From the human T2T-CHM13v2.0 reference genome, Homo sapiens, in the NCBI RefSeq assembly GCF_009914755.1, contig NC_060930.1: DNA of 64,000 bases. One strand, 5' to 3'. The translations under genes and the position numbers were made by a program. Shown piece after piece: positions 42,445 through 55,572 of the stretch (position 1 is its first letter; every line of letters starts with the position of its first letter). The notes below the pieces were generated by a model. The model saw only the letters and a list, made by a program, of their open reading frames with translations. It searched no databases and had not been told where the DNA came from.

Positions 42445-42752
42445 TGTTTTTGTTTTTGTCTTTGAGACAGTCTCGTTCTGTCACCAAGGCTGGAGTGCAG
42501 CAGCAAAATCGTAACTCACTGCAGCCTGGATCTCCTAGGCTCAGGTGACCCTCCCACCTTAGCCTCCTGAGTAGCTGCAACTGTGGGTGCATGCCACCAC
42601 ACTCGTCTAATTTTTTATATATGTATATTTTTTAGTAGAGATGAGGTCTTGCTATGTTGTCCAGGCTGGTTTCAAGCTCCCAGGCTCAAGCAATTCTCTT
42701 GCCTCAGCCTCCCAAAATACTGGGATTACAGGCATGAGCCACCATGCCCAGC
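42445..42752 (-). mobile_element. AluJ-like
   Basis: Full antisense Alu. Confidence 0.9.
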
Positions 42753-42910
42753 TTTGGTAAGTATTTTTTTTTTTTTAACTTGGTAAGTACTATTTTTTTT
42801 TTCTATTTTCAGGGACGCTATACTGTGCTAGGCTCTGCAACACAGCAGTATACAAGACACACTTACTCTCCCTCCCCCAACCCCACACCTCCCCACCCCC
42901 GCCCCAGCAC

Positions 42911-43070
42911 AGGTTAAAGTGCAGTAAGGAATGTAGCCAATTCCAATGTAACGTGACAAATGTTTTGATTGATAGGGAAAGAGTAGGGAAAGATTAAAGT
43001 GCAATAAGGAATGTAGCCAATTCCAGTGTAACATGACAAATGTTTTGATTGATAGGGAAAGAGTAGGGAG
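42911..43070. repeat. Tandem duplication, 2 x 80 bp
   Basis: 42911-42990 and 42991-43070 differ at 5 positions. Confidence 0.97.
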
Positions 43071-43909
43071 CTGTGCAGATGAACAGAACGGGTACTGTCC
43101 ATGGTCTCATGTGAGGAGCAGGTTAACAGAGATCTTCCTGAAGATGTCCAAGCTGAGAACAAGCAGAGTGACCCAGCCTAGAATGACCCAGTGCAGGCAT
43201 AGAGGAAGGGACTGGGTAAAAGAAAGAGGGTGGAATGCAGATAATTATTCCCACTGAAAGAACAGCATTTCCAAAAACTTAAAAGTGAGAGTCGGGTAAA
43301 TTTGGAGAACCAGAAGCAGTTTGGCATGGCTGAAGCACAGAATGCCACGGTAAAATGGAAGAAAGTGAGGCTGAAGCTTCTGAGGGGCCTTGCTGTTTCT
43401 ATAAAGGTACTTCCGGTTTATCATCTTGTCCAGGCAGCCCTGTAGGTCTGGGGTGGAGCCTCCTTTGCATTTTGAAGAATTACTCTGGCCAGAATTAGGA
43501 GGACAGATGAGAAGGAGGAGTACTGGAGGTGGGACGAGCAGTGAGGGGGCTACTGCAGGAATCAAAGCTCATCTTGGTGGATCTAGACACAAGGGAATGA
43601 CTGGAAGAGAGGTTTAGGTCACACGCTTGGCAGGGCCTGGTGATGAGTGGATATATAGGGAATGTGGCAGGAAGAGAGAAATTCAAAAAAGACACCCGGA
43701 TTCTTGTCAGGTAACCTAGGAAACTTCTATCCTAGAAGCTGAGTTTGAGAACTTGGAGGAGGGTATTCTCTCAGAGAGGTCCAGTAAATCGATGCATAAA
43801 TAGATCTGAAGGCCCAGAAATTAATTTGGGATGGAGCTAGAGACTTACAAATTACAATTCATTCCTGTTATACTTGTTACAACCATAACAAGTGTAATGT
43901 AACAAGTTA

Positions 43910-44276
<367 letters not shown>

Positions 44277-44730
44277 TTAGGACAGAATTCTGGGGAAACC
44301 AAAGAATAAAGGACTAAAGGAAGAGAAGCCACCGTGAGGCCGAAGAGGAGCAGCTGCCAGGGAGGAGGAAAGGCAGTCCAGTGTGAGGAAGTGGTTAGCA
44401 GAGCCAGATGCGGTGCCGTGGAGGGTTAAATATGATGATCACAGAAAACGTCTCTTGAATGTAGTACAGAAGGAGGTCTTGATCTTCACTCAAATAGTTC
44501 CAATAGTGTGATGGGGGCAGAAGGGTGACCACGAGATTTGAAAGTGACTGGGAACTGAGATCTGGTGATAAGGGATGCAATTCAGAGCACAGGTGGAAGC
44601 ACTAACCTCAAATGAGGGAAGGGAAATGCTCAACTGTAAGAGAAGGAAAAGAGGAAAAGATGGGTGCATTTATATTTTCATTAAGAAAAGATTTTGGCAA
44701 GACTTCAAATATTAGAGAATGACCCTCTGA

Positions 44731-45009
<279 letters not shown>

Positions 45010-47156
45010 TGACAGAGACAGGACCGACAAAGATTAATTTTGGCTTTACCTAAGGAGGAATTTGTTAATAATTATAGCTACTAAAATTGAATGCTTGTGT
45101 TAGTAAATTGCGAGTTCCCTGTCACTGGTATGACTGAAATAGAGGCAGTAGCTTCTTTAAGAAAGAGTAAAGAGTAAAATGGGGATGGCAGGGTTGGAGG
45201 TTGGAAAACAGAGGATTAACCACATGCTTTCTAATGTCCCTTTCTGTCCTTGACATTCAACCCTGCAAACTACAGCAAGCATGTTATGTATTGAGTCTCA
45301 TCCCTCTTGATTCCTTTTGGCTGGTGGTTAACATTTCATCCTGCAGATCCAGCCTTCAGATCCAGAAGCAGTCCCAAATATTTCAGAACTAAAAACTGCA
45401 TAGTCTCCAGGGTGGGGACTGGAATTAGGCCTCTGACCCTTGCTTAGTTTCCAGAGTGTCTGAGTTGAGCCTTGGGACTCCCTGGATGCCCACAACACTG
45501 CAGCTTTCCTCCAAATCACCACAAGTGCCCATTCCAAGTGGCGTTGTCTCACTTATTGTTGAGCACCTGCTATGTTCCAGATGCTGTGCTAAATGCTAAA
45601 TATATGATGATGAAAGCACATTCCATGAGGACACGATTTTTGTCTAAAAACAGTTCACTGATGTATCCCCAGCACCTAAAATGGTGCCTGGTACAATGCA
45701 AGTCTTGATAAGTATTTTTTCAATGAATGCCACAGACTGTCTTCTCGAATCCAGTGTACAAGACAAGCATATACACTGACGACTGCAGTATAACATGGCA
45801 AGTACTGTTATGGAAGCTCATAGGAAGCACAGAAGGGGAATACTTCCTTAGCCTGGGGATTTTTTTTTTTTGGTATTTTGGTTCCCAACTAGCATTGGAG
45901 CACAAGCCTGAATCAAAATCTGCCTGCTGACTTGCCAGCCTTTGCCACACTTGTCTACCCATAAAGCAGAACCATGTCACTCTACCTTAAACCAGTAGCT
46001 TCAGTCAAGGCACTCATCTTAGGTCCCTTGGGACCCCTCTGCCATTGAGGCACTGCCACCATCATGACCACGAGTGGATATTGCTCCTGACCAGAGAGGT
46101 AGGCACTCATACCTACCAGGTCAGATCACACCTACCAGGTCAGAGTCCTTAGAGAGATGAATGCCAGTCTCAATTGCAACATATTAGACATTGTATCTTT
46201 GACAGCTGGCTGAGCTCTTAGAGGGCAAGGCACATTGCCAGGAGAATGCCTCTAGCACCAGCCACACTCCTGCCCCTGTGCTGCCCGCCTTAGAGTCCCA
46301 GTATGGTTCACAGGATGTTCAAACAAGTTCTCTAGGAATTAACAATCCAGCCACTAGCCCAGCTCATTTGCTTTCTAGCATGTGTTACTAGGAACACTGA
46401 AGTGTCATCATAAAGAGAGGGACGTGGTGGTAGGAGCATGAGCTTGAGACCCAGACAGCTTCTTTGCCTCCTTTGTATGACTTTGGGCAAGTCACCTTAA
46501 TTCTCTGGTTCCCCATCTCTCCCTTCTTTTTTATTTTTTCCCTATTTTGACATATCAAATATGCAACATACAGAAAAGTTGCAAGAATAGTAAAAAGAAT
46601 TCCCAGAAACCCTTCATCCAGATTCCCAAAATGGCAACTGTTTCTGCAATTGCTTCATCCTTTCCTCAGTCACTATCTGTGGGTGCTTGTGTGCACATAT
46701 ACCATGCATCTCAATTTTTTTCTGAACCACTTAAGAATAGGTTGCAGACACCCTCTTTCCCCTACATACTTCAATATGTATTTATAAAAACAAGGAATTC
46801 CTCAAGTAACCAGAGTACAGTTTTCAAAATAGAAAATTAACATTGAAACAGATACTATTATTTAATCTACAGACCTGTTAAGGTGTTGTCAATGTTTCAG
46901 AAATGTCCCTTATAGCAAAAGAAAATCCCAGATCATGCATTTCATTCAGTTGTCATGTTCTTTTTTTTTTTCCCCCCCACTCTTCTGCTGAAAGAGAAAG
47001 TTGTCATGTTTTTAAAGACTCCTTTAATCTGGAACATTTTCTGAGTCTTTCTTTGAATTTCATGATATTGGCATTTTTATAAAGTATAGCACAGTGATTT
47101 TGTAGAATGCCTGTAAGTTTGGGTTTGTCTGATGTACCCTCAAGAGTATATTCAGA

Positions 47157-47445
47157 GGCTGGGCGCGGTGGCTCACGCTTGTAATCCCAGCACTTTGGGA
47201 GAACATGGCGGGTGGATCATGAGGTCAGGAGATAGAGACCATCCTCACTAACACGGTGAAACCCCATCTCTACTAAAAATACAAAAAATTAGCCAGGCTT
47301 GGTGGCAGATGCCTGTAATCCTAGCTACTGGGAGGCTGAGGCAGGAGAATCACTTGAACCTGGGAGGCAGAAGTTGCAGCAAGTCAAGATCGCATCATTG
47401 CTCACCAGCCCAGGAGACAGTGGGAGACTTCATCCCCACAAAAAA
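47157..47445 (+). mobile_element. AluSc/Y-like
   Basis: GGATCATGAGGTCAGGAGATAGAGACCATCCT...TAACACGGTG; decayed TSD AAGAGTATATTCAGA/AAGAATAGATTTAGA. Confidence 0.9.
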
Positions 47446-47526
47446 GAATAGATTTAGATTATTCACTTTTGGCAGAATGACACAGAGGTGTTGCTGAGCT
47501 CTTCTCAGTGCATTGTGTAAGAGGTA

Positions 47527-47903
47527 TGTATTAGTTCGTTTTCACACTGCTATAAAGAAATACCTGAGACTGGGTAATTTCTAAAGGAAAGAGGTTTAAT
47601 TGACTGTGGTTCCACATGGCTGGGGAGACCTCAGGAAACTTACAATCATGGCAGAAGGTGAAGGAGAAGCAAGCACCTTCTTCACAAGGCAGCAGGAGAG
47701 AGAAGAGCGAAGGAGGAACTTCCAAACACTTATAAAACCATCTGGTCTCATAAGAACTCACTCAAAATCATGAGAACAGCATGGAGGTAACCGCCCCCAT
47801 GACCTAATCACCTCCCACCTGGTCGCTCCCTTGACACATGTGGATTTTGGGGATTACAATTCGAGATGAGATTTGGGTTGGGGCACAGAGCCAAACTATA
47901 TCA
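47527..47903 (-). mobile_element. THE1D/MSTA solo LTR
   Basis: TGTATTAG...CTATATCA with a perfect TSD AGGTA (47522-47526 and 47904-47908). Confidence 0.9.
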
Positions 47904-48555
47904 AGGTATATGCTGCTGGTTAGTCCCATTGCTAGTAATGTTAACTTTGACTATTTTCTAATGTGGTGTTCTGCAGTTTTCTCAACTGCTATATTTTACC
48001 CTTTGTATTTAAAGAAAGATCTTGTGGGGATGCCCATTACTCCTTAAACAAGATGAATCAGTTATTATACTGGCTGGCAAAGGTTGATTTTTATAATTCC
48101 AACACTCTTTCTAGATGTATGAGTTGGCAGTCCCTTGTAAGAAAGAGTTTACCTTGTCCCCCAATTGGCTTGTTTTACTCGAGACTCATGAAGTTTAATT
48201 TACTAATAGAGTAAAATCCTTTAATTTACTATTTTTATTTTGATACTCAAATTGTCCCTGGTTTTGCCAATGGGAGCCCCTTCGAGCTAGCTCTTTCATA
48301 TTTTTGGTATGTCCTCATCATCCTTTGGTATGATGAAATGTCCCAGGTTTATCTTATTCTTTCTGTAAACTACCCCTGCTTAGCCATTTTTATTTTCAGA
48401 GAAACCTGGCTGTTTTTAGTGAAGAATGGTATTTAGAAAACAAGATCTAGTGCTAAGAGGTGAACCCCATTGTTAGTGGGATTTCATTTTTTTCTAGGTA
48501 CTCTCAGAGGACAGACCTGAGTGGGAAGGAGAAGGGGGAGTCATGGAGTTGGGGG

Positions 48556-48990
48556 AGAGAGAGACAGAATATATACATACATACATATACATATATACAT
48601 ACATATATATGTATGTACATACATGTGTAGGTCTGTATATGTGTGTGTGTCTTTGTGCGCAGTATATATACAGATAACATATACATATACATACATATAT
48701 TCTGTACATACACGTGTATGTGTATATATTCTGTCTATATACATACATATATGTATATATTTTGTACATACATGTGTATGAATATATATTCTATCTACTG
48801 TATACATATACACAGATATGTTTGTATGTGCATATTCTATCTACTTTGTATATATGTGTATACAGATATGCATATATGTATGTATATATTCTCTCTCTAC
48901 TGTTTGTATATATTCTGTCTATATATACTGTGCAGTTATATGCACAGAGGCACACACACACATATACAGACCTACACATATCTATATCCA
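48556..48990. repeat. Complex (TA/TG/CA)n microsatellite with internal inverted symmetry
   Basis: TATG/CATA/TA runs; perfect 28-bp inverted arms at 48623-48650 and 48952-48979. Confidence 0.93.
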
Positions 48991-49444
48991 TTTGTACCAA
49001 TTTGTCTATGTCCCCATGAGTCACACTGATATCTACAATTCTAGTCCCCTCTTCAGATTATCGCTATCTTCTCCAACAGTGAGAATTCTGGATCCCAATA
49101 TCAACAATGTACGAATTTATTTATTTGTTCAATTCTAGAATATACAAGTAGTTCCAGAATTACTAACCTATATTTCTGGATAAAAAAGAGGTCTACTAAT
49201 TGGAGTTCAATATTTGTTTAGAGGTCTTTTTGCCTTTAGCCTGAAGGCAAGTAATCTAGGTATTGTGTTCAACATTTGCTTGAGTTAATTTTTTCTCCCT
49301 TCTTGAGTGTGATTATTTTATTCATTTGATTTATGTAGATCAATTCATTTGTTTCCAATTGTATTTAGTTTTAGGCTATCCTCCCCTTCTTTGTGGGTTT
49401 TTACATTTTTATTTATTTATTTATTTGAATGTGAGAAACAGTAA

Positions 49445-49902
49445 TATTATGGGTTAAATTGTGTCCCACCTCCCATCCCCTAATTCATTATTGAATTCCT
49501 AAGCCGCAGTACTTCAGGACTCACCCTTATTTGGAAATAGGGTAGCTGCAGGGGTAATCAAATAAGTTAAGATGAAGTCATCCTGGAGTAGGTGGGTCAA
49601 TATGACTGGTGGGACACCAGTATTACTGGTGTTCTTATAAAAAGGGAGAATTTGGACCCAGAGACATCCATACAGGGAGAACATCATGTGAACTGGTGTT
49701 ACGCTGCTATGGGCCCGGGAAATACCAGAAGCTAAGAGAGAGGCCTGGAACACATTCTTCCTAGTGCCTTCGGAGGAAGCATGGCCCTGCCAGTGCCTGG
49801 ATGCAGACTTCTAGGCTCCAGAACTATGAGGCCACAAATTTCTGCTGTTTATGCCACTTAGTCTGTGGTACTTTGTTATGACAGCCCTAAAAACCTAATA
49901 CG
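49445..49902 (+). mobile_element. MLT1B/C LTR
   Basis: TATGGGTTAAATTGTGTCCC, CCTTATTTGGAAATAGGG, GGAAGCATGGCCCTGCC, GTGGTACTTTGTTATGACAGCCCT. Confidence 0.85.
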
Positions 49903-51664
49903 ATTAATATAGTTCCAGAAGTCAGGTCTATAAAAAGAAGGTGTATTCAGAGAAATGACCCTTTCCGATTGTTTTCTTTACTTTCTACCCAACTCTCACC
50001 ATGCCCAGTAGCAACCGATATCTTTATCTTAGTCTCTGATTTTTTCTTCTTGAGTTTCTTTTCACTCAAGCTTATAGTTCAATGTATATGTTTTTATTTT
50101 TTTCTGGAAATCACTCTATATTACTTCCCACAGATCTTATTCATTCTTTTGTATGGCTCCATAGTAGTCCATTTTGTAGATATGGCATTTTGTGTGTACA
50201 TTGTGGGGAAATCCATTTTGTGTGTAGACGTGTCCACTTTGAAGAATAGTTTCTTCAACTATTCTCCTATGTGTGGGCATTTAGGCATTTTCAATGCAAA
50301 CAATGCTGCAATGAATAACCTTGTGCATTTATATTTTTGTATTGGCGAGGGTATGTCTTTAGAGTAGATTTCTAGAAGTGGGATTCTTTGATCAAAAGGT
50401 AAATACATGTGTAGTTTTTTAGGTATTGTGAAATTCTCCTCAAGAAGGCTGCATTCCCTTTAGCAACATATGAGAGTTCCTGTTTTTCCATAGCCTAACA
50501 AATAGAGTGTGTTATGTATTTTTAAATGTTTCCTAATCTAATAATAAATGACATATCAGTGTAGTTTTAATTTGCATTTTTCTTATCATGAGTGAAGTTA
50601 AACCTTTTTTCATCCATTTTTATACCCTTTTGCGAATCGTTTCTACATTTCCTTACATTTTTCATTTGGATTTTTAAAATCTTTTCACTCTCAATTTTGA
50701 AGAATGTTCTATATATTACAGAAGTTCACCCTTTTTCTGTGTGATAGAAGTGTTTTCATCCAGTAAGTCAGTGGCTTTTTTGACTTTGTTTATGATGCTT
50801 TTCGCTGTCTAGATTTTCTTTTTCATTTTTACATAGTTAAAATCATCCTTTTTTTTTTTTTTAATTACGTCCAGATTTGGAGAATCCGTTAGGCCTTTTC
50901 CAGCTTAAAGAGTAATTTATCCAGATTTCCTTATTGTACTTGATGGTTTCTTTTCTTTTTTTTTTTTTTTTTTTAACAATAGGTTCTTTATCTGTTTGGG
51001 GTTTATTCTTTTCTGTCAGGTGAGTTATATATCTGATGTTATCTTTTTTTCAAATGGCTACCAGTTGCCCCAGAACCATTTATTAAAATTCATTCTTTGC
51101 CTTTTTGATGTAAGATGCTCCCTTTATCATATACTAAAGTTTCAAATATGCTTGGATTTCTTTCTGGACTTTTGTTCTATTCAACCTATCTGTCAACATC
51201 TACTAGTAATATGCTTTTTTCATTATAGAGGCTTTATAATATGTTTTCTTTCTTGTTTTTTATTTTAGAATAGAATGAGGCAAGTATGTTTTAATATCTA
51301 GTAGAGCTAGTATTCCCTCAAAGCTTTTTTAAAAGTGTTTTTCTGGATATTCTTGCATGTTTATTTTTCCATATGAAGTTTGCAAAATTTTTTAGTGATA
51401 TTGCATTAAATTTATAAATTTGCTTAAAGGAATGACATCCTCATTTTTATGATGTTGAGTCTTCCAATCCAAAAATAAGGATGTCTTTCTGTTTGTTCAA
51501 GTCTATTTTTATATCTTTCAAGAGTGTTTAAAGTTTTGCACTATAGATTTTGTACACTAATTGTTAAATTTATTTCTAAGTACTTTATCTTCTTTGTTGC
51601 TAATGTTAATGGGGCTTTGTCTGCCCTATGTTCTCCAACTGATTATCCTTTATGTAAATGATTG

Positions 51665-54600
51665 CAGCCTGCCCACACCTCCGAGGCTGGCCCTGTGGAC
51701 CAGTTGGCCTTATTTCTTCAGTGGAAATCTAGTCACTATGATGTGGTAGTTGGCGTGTTGTCACCTTGCTATAACCATAAACTTCAAAATGTGATAAGCA
51801 GCTGGCTGATCATTGGATACAACATCCTGCATTAAGTCAACGTGTGCTTGTCAAATTCATAATAGATGCCCATGGCTGCTAAGGGCCTGTGGAAGACCAG
51901 GAGGATCCCTACTACTCAACATCACAAATCCAGCTTTGAATCAGGAAATTGAGGCATTCAGTCTTTCTGAAGACACTTCATCAGGGTTTGCTGAGGACCG
52001 AGTTGTCAGTGTGAGTTTCCAACTTCTCTACACGATCCTTATTACCAGTCTTGGGGTGTTCTACAATGCCAATGATGTGGGTTTCCAGAGGAACGTTGCT
52101 CTCAAGCTTTCTCAGGCAGAACGGGAAGAGGCCCCCTTCATTGTTCACTAGAGTCCTCCAAGCCATGGTGTGCAGGTGAACAAGTTGTGTACAAGCACAT
52201 GGAACAATTCATCTTACCAGAGAGCTTTGAAGGTACAATTGTATGGGAGAGTGAAGACCTCCACAACTTTGTGTTAAGAAATCTTCACAAAGTGACACTG
52301 AATATGGAGGGGGGATTCTTGGAGTCATTACAGCTGGGGAGGGTGCATTGCCTCATGAATTATTGGAAGGTATGGAGGGAGTTGGAGTGGTTTTAGATGC
52401 CTTATTGAAGGAGGAAAACATCATCTATGATGATATTGTTTTTGTGGATGTTGTCAACACTCATTGAAATATACCTGCAAAATTATTGAACTTTATAGAT
52501 GGACTATGGAAACAACCAACTTTGATTTGTTGCTAAAGACAGATGATGACTGTTACATAGGCTTGAAAGCTGTATTTAATAGAATTTCTCAAAAGAATCT
52601 GAATAGGTCTAATTTTGTTGGGGATATTTCAGACTGAATTGGGTAGTTGACAGAACCAGGAAGTGGCAGGAGTTGGAACACCCTGGTCATGCTTACCCTG
52701 CCTTTGCATGTGGGTCGGGGTATGTGATCTCCAGGGACATCATCAGCTGGCTGGCAGGCAACTCCAGGAGGTTATAGACCTGTATGTCTATGTATGCGTA
52801 AGCACTTGGATGGCAGCCACAGGACCTAACAGTTACCAGCACAGCATGTGACTGTGTGAGAAGACTTGTCAGACAGGAATATTGTCTTCCCCACAGTATT
52901 CTCCGCAGGAGCTGACAGAACTGTGGAAACTGAAGGAATTCTGTGGTGATCCTTGTCAATCTGAAGCAAGATAACAGGATTTGAATTAGCAGTGTCTAAA
53001 CTCGGGGTAGCTGATATGGTTTGGCTGTATCCCCACCCAAATCTCATCTTGAATTGTAACTCCCACATTTCCCACATATCGTGGGAGGAACCTGGTGGGA
53101 GGTAATCAGATCATAGGGGCAGGTCTTTCCCGTGCTGTTCTCGTAATAGTGAATAAGTCTCACAAGATCTGATGGTTTTAAAAATGGGAGCTTCCCTGCA
53201 TAAGCTCTCTCTCTCTCTTTCTCTGCTGTCATCCATGTAAGACACGGCTTGCTCCTCCTTGCCGTCCACCATGATTGTGAGGCTTGTCCAGCCACATGGA
53301 ACTGTAAGTCCATCAAACCTCTTTCTTTTGTTAAATGCTCAGTCTTGGGTATGTTTTTATCAGGAGTCAGTTGGTACCAGTAGAATGGGGTGCTGTTGAA
53401 AAGATACCTGAGACTGTGGAAGCAACTTTGTAACTGGGTAACAGGCAGAGATTGGAACAGTTTGGAGTGCTTAGAAGAAGACAGGAAAATGTAGGAAAGT
53501 TTGGAACTCCCTAGAGACTTGTTGAATGGCTTTGACAAAAATGCTGATAATAATGTGGACAATGAAATCCAGGCTGAGGTGGTCTTGGATGGAGATGAGG
53601 AACTTGTTGGAAGGTGGAGCAAAGGTGACTCTTGTTATGTTTTCGAAAAGAAACTGGTGGCATTGTGTCCCTGCCCTACAGATTTGTGGAAACTTGACAG
53701 AGATGATTTAGGGTATGTGGTGGAAAAAATTTCTAAGCAGCAAAGCATTCAAGATGTGACTTGGATGCTCTTAAAGGCATTCCATTTTATAAGGGAAGCA
53801 GAGCATAAAAGTTCAAAAAATTGGCAGCCTGACAATGTGATAGAAAAGCAAATCCCATTTTCTGAGGAGAAATTCAAGCTGGCTGCAGAAATTTGTACAA
53901 GTAATGAAGAGCTGAATGTTAATCCTCAAGACAATGGGGAAAATGCCTCCAGGGCATGTCAGAGGTCTTCATGGCAGCCCCTCCCATCACTGGCCAGGAG
54001 GCCCAGGAGGTAAAAATTGTTTTGTGGCCAAGCCCAGGGTCCCCATGCTGTGTGCAGTCTAGGAACTTGGTGGCCTGTGTCCCAGCTGCTCCAGCCATGA
54101 CTAAAAGGGACAAAGACATGGTTCAGGCTGTGGCTTCAGAGGGTGCTAGCCCCAAGCCTTGGCAGCTTCCATGTGGTGTGGAGCCTGCAGGTATACAGAA
54201 GTCAAGAATTGAGGTTTGGGCAGCTCTGCCTAGATTTCAGAGGATGTATGGAAATGCCAGGATGCCCAGGCAGAAGTTTGCTGCAGGGGTGGGGCCCTAA
54301 TGTAGAACCTCTGCTAGGGCAGTGCAGAAGGGAAATGTGGGGTCAGAGCCCCGACACAGAGTCCCTACTGGGGCACTGTCTAGTGGAGCTGTGAGAAGAG
54401 GGTCACCATCCTCCAGATCCCAGAATGGTAGATCCACAGACAGCTTGCATCGTGCACCTGGAAAAGTTGCGGACACTCAATGCCAACCCATGAAAGCAGC
54501 CAGGAGAAGGGCTATACCCTGCAAAGCCACAGGGGTGGAGCTGCCTAGGGCCATAGAAACCCACCTCTTGCATAGCATGACCTGGATGTGAGACACGGAG

Positions 54601-55572
54601 CCAAAGGAGATCATTTTGGAGCTTTAAGATTTGTCTGCCCCATTGGATTTCAGACTTGCATGGGGCCTGTAGCCCTTTGTTTTGGCCAATTTCTCCCATT
54701 TGGAATGGCTGTATTTACCCCATGCCTATACCCCCATTGTATCTAGGAAGTAACTAACTCATTTTTGATTTTACAGGCCCATAGGTGGAAAGGATTTGCC
54801 TTGTCTCAGATAAGACATTGGACTGTGGACTTTTGAGTTAATGCTGAAATCAGTTAAGACTTTGGAGGACTGTTGGAAAGGCATGATTGGTTTTGCAATG
54901 TAAAAAGGACATGAGATTTTGGAGGGGCCAGGGGCAGAGTGATAGTGGATATGGTTTGGCTGTGTCCTCACCCAAATCTTATCTTGAATTGTAATTCCCT
55001 CAATTCCCACATGTTGTAGGAGGAACCTGGTGGGAGGTAGTTGAATCATGGGAGCAGGTCTTTCCCATGCTGTTCTCATGATAGTGAATGAGTCTCACAA
55101 GATCTGATGGTTTTAAAAACAGGAGTTTCCCTGCACAAGCTCTCTCTTTCTTTGCTTGCTGCCATCCATGTCAGATGTGGCTTGCTCCCCCTTGCCTTCT
55201 GCCATGATTGTGAGGCTTACCCAGCCATGTGGAACTGTAAGTCCATTAAACTTCTTTCTTTTGTAAATTGCCCAGTCTCGGATATATCTTTATCAGCAAT
55301 GTGAAAACGGACTAATACAATAGGCAAATGATCATCCAAGTGTAACTCTGAGGAACCCCAAGGTTTAGCAATAGGTTTATGGTCTTTTGAGAGAGTTCTA
55401 GACTGGCACTTTCACCTGGAATCAATGTGTTTCTTAATGTTTGCACAAATTTCCTTTTCAAAAATCAACTGATATTGTAGCATAAGAAAAGTTTTTATGT
55501 ATCTATTGGAAGATGATTTGAAAAACACTAAATTGTTTTATAAAAGAAAAAATATTTCTAAAAATAAAAAAA
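51665..55572 (+). pseudogene. B3GALNT2: B3GALNT2 processed pseudogene, 5'-truncated; CDS remnant 51665-52974, 3'UTR split by THE1 (symbol given is the parent gene)
   Basis: Frames give [75 protein letters not shown] and ELWKLKE, ending GCA AGA TAA at 52966-52974. Intronless, with frameshifts and stops. The 3'UTR resumes at 55320 and ends in an A-rich tail at ~55540-55572. Confidence 0.93.
53012..55319 (+). mobile_element. THE1B-type MaLR provirus (LTR 53012-~53368, internal ~1.6 kb, LTR ~54940-55319)
   Basis: Two TGATATGGTTTGGCTGT LTRs; internal region starts TTGGTACCAGTAGA; polypurine tract GGAGGGGCCAGGGGCAGA; terminal ACTAATACA; degenerate TSD GTAGC/ATAGG. Confidence 0.93.

Larger units (their letters stand above)
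46540..51664 (-). mobile_element. Long old L1M (L1MC/L1ME-like) with nested insertions; continues at ~55573-56320
   Basis: T-rich antisense L1 ORF2/3'UTR motifs (TTGCATTAAATTTATAAATT, GATGTTGAGTCTTCCAATCC, GCAACCTTGCATTCCTGAG). Confidence 0.75.

Noticed and set aside
48494-49138. Cluster of Y/I/C/V/H/T-rich ORFs
   Set aside because: Translations of a dinucleotide microsatellite.
51665-52974. Functional B3GALNT2 retrogene, or assignment to the named locus B3GALNT2P1
   Set aside because: It lacks the N-terminal anchor and has several frameshifts and stops; the locus identity cannot be verified from sequence alone.
53044-55079. 170-aa and 192-aa ORFs
   Set aside because: Remnant of the THE1 internal ORF and its antisense frame; ordinary MaLR sequence.
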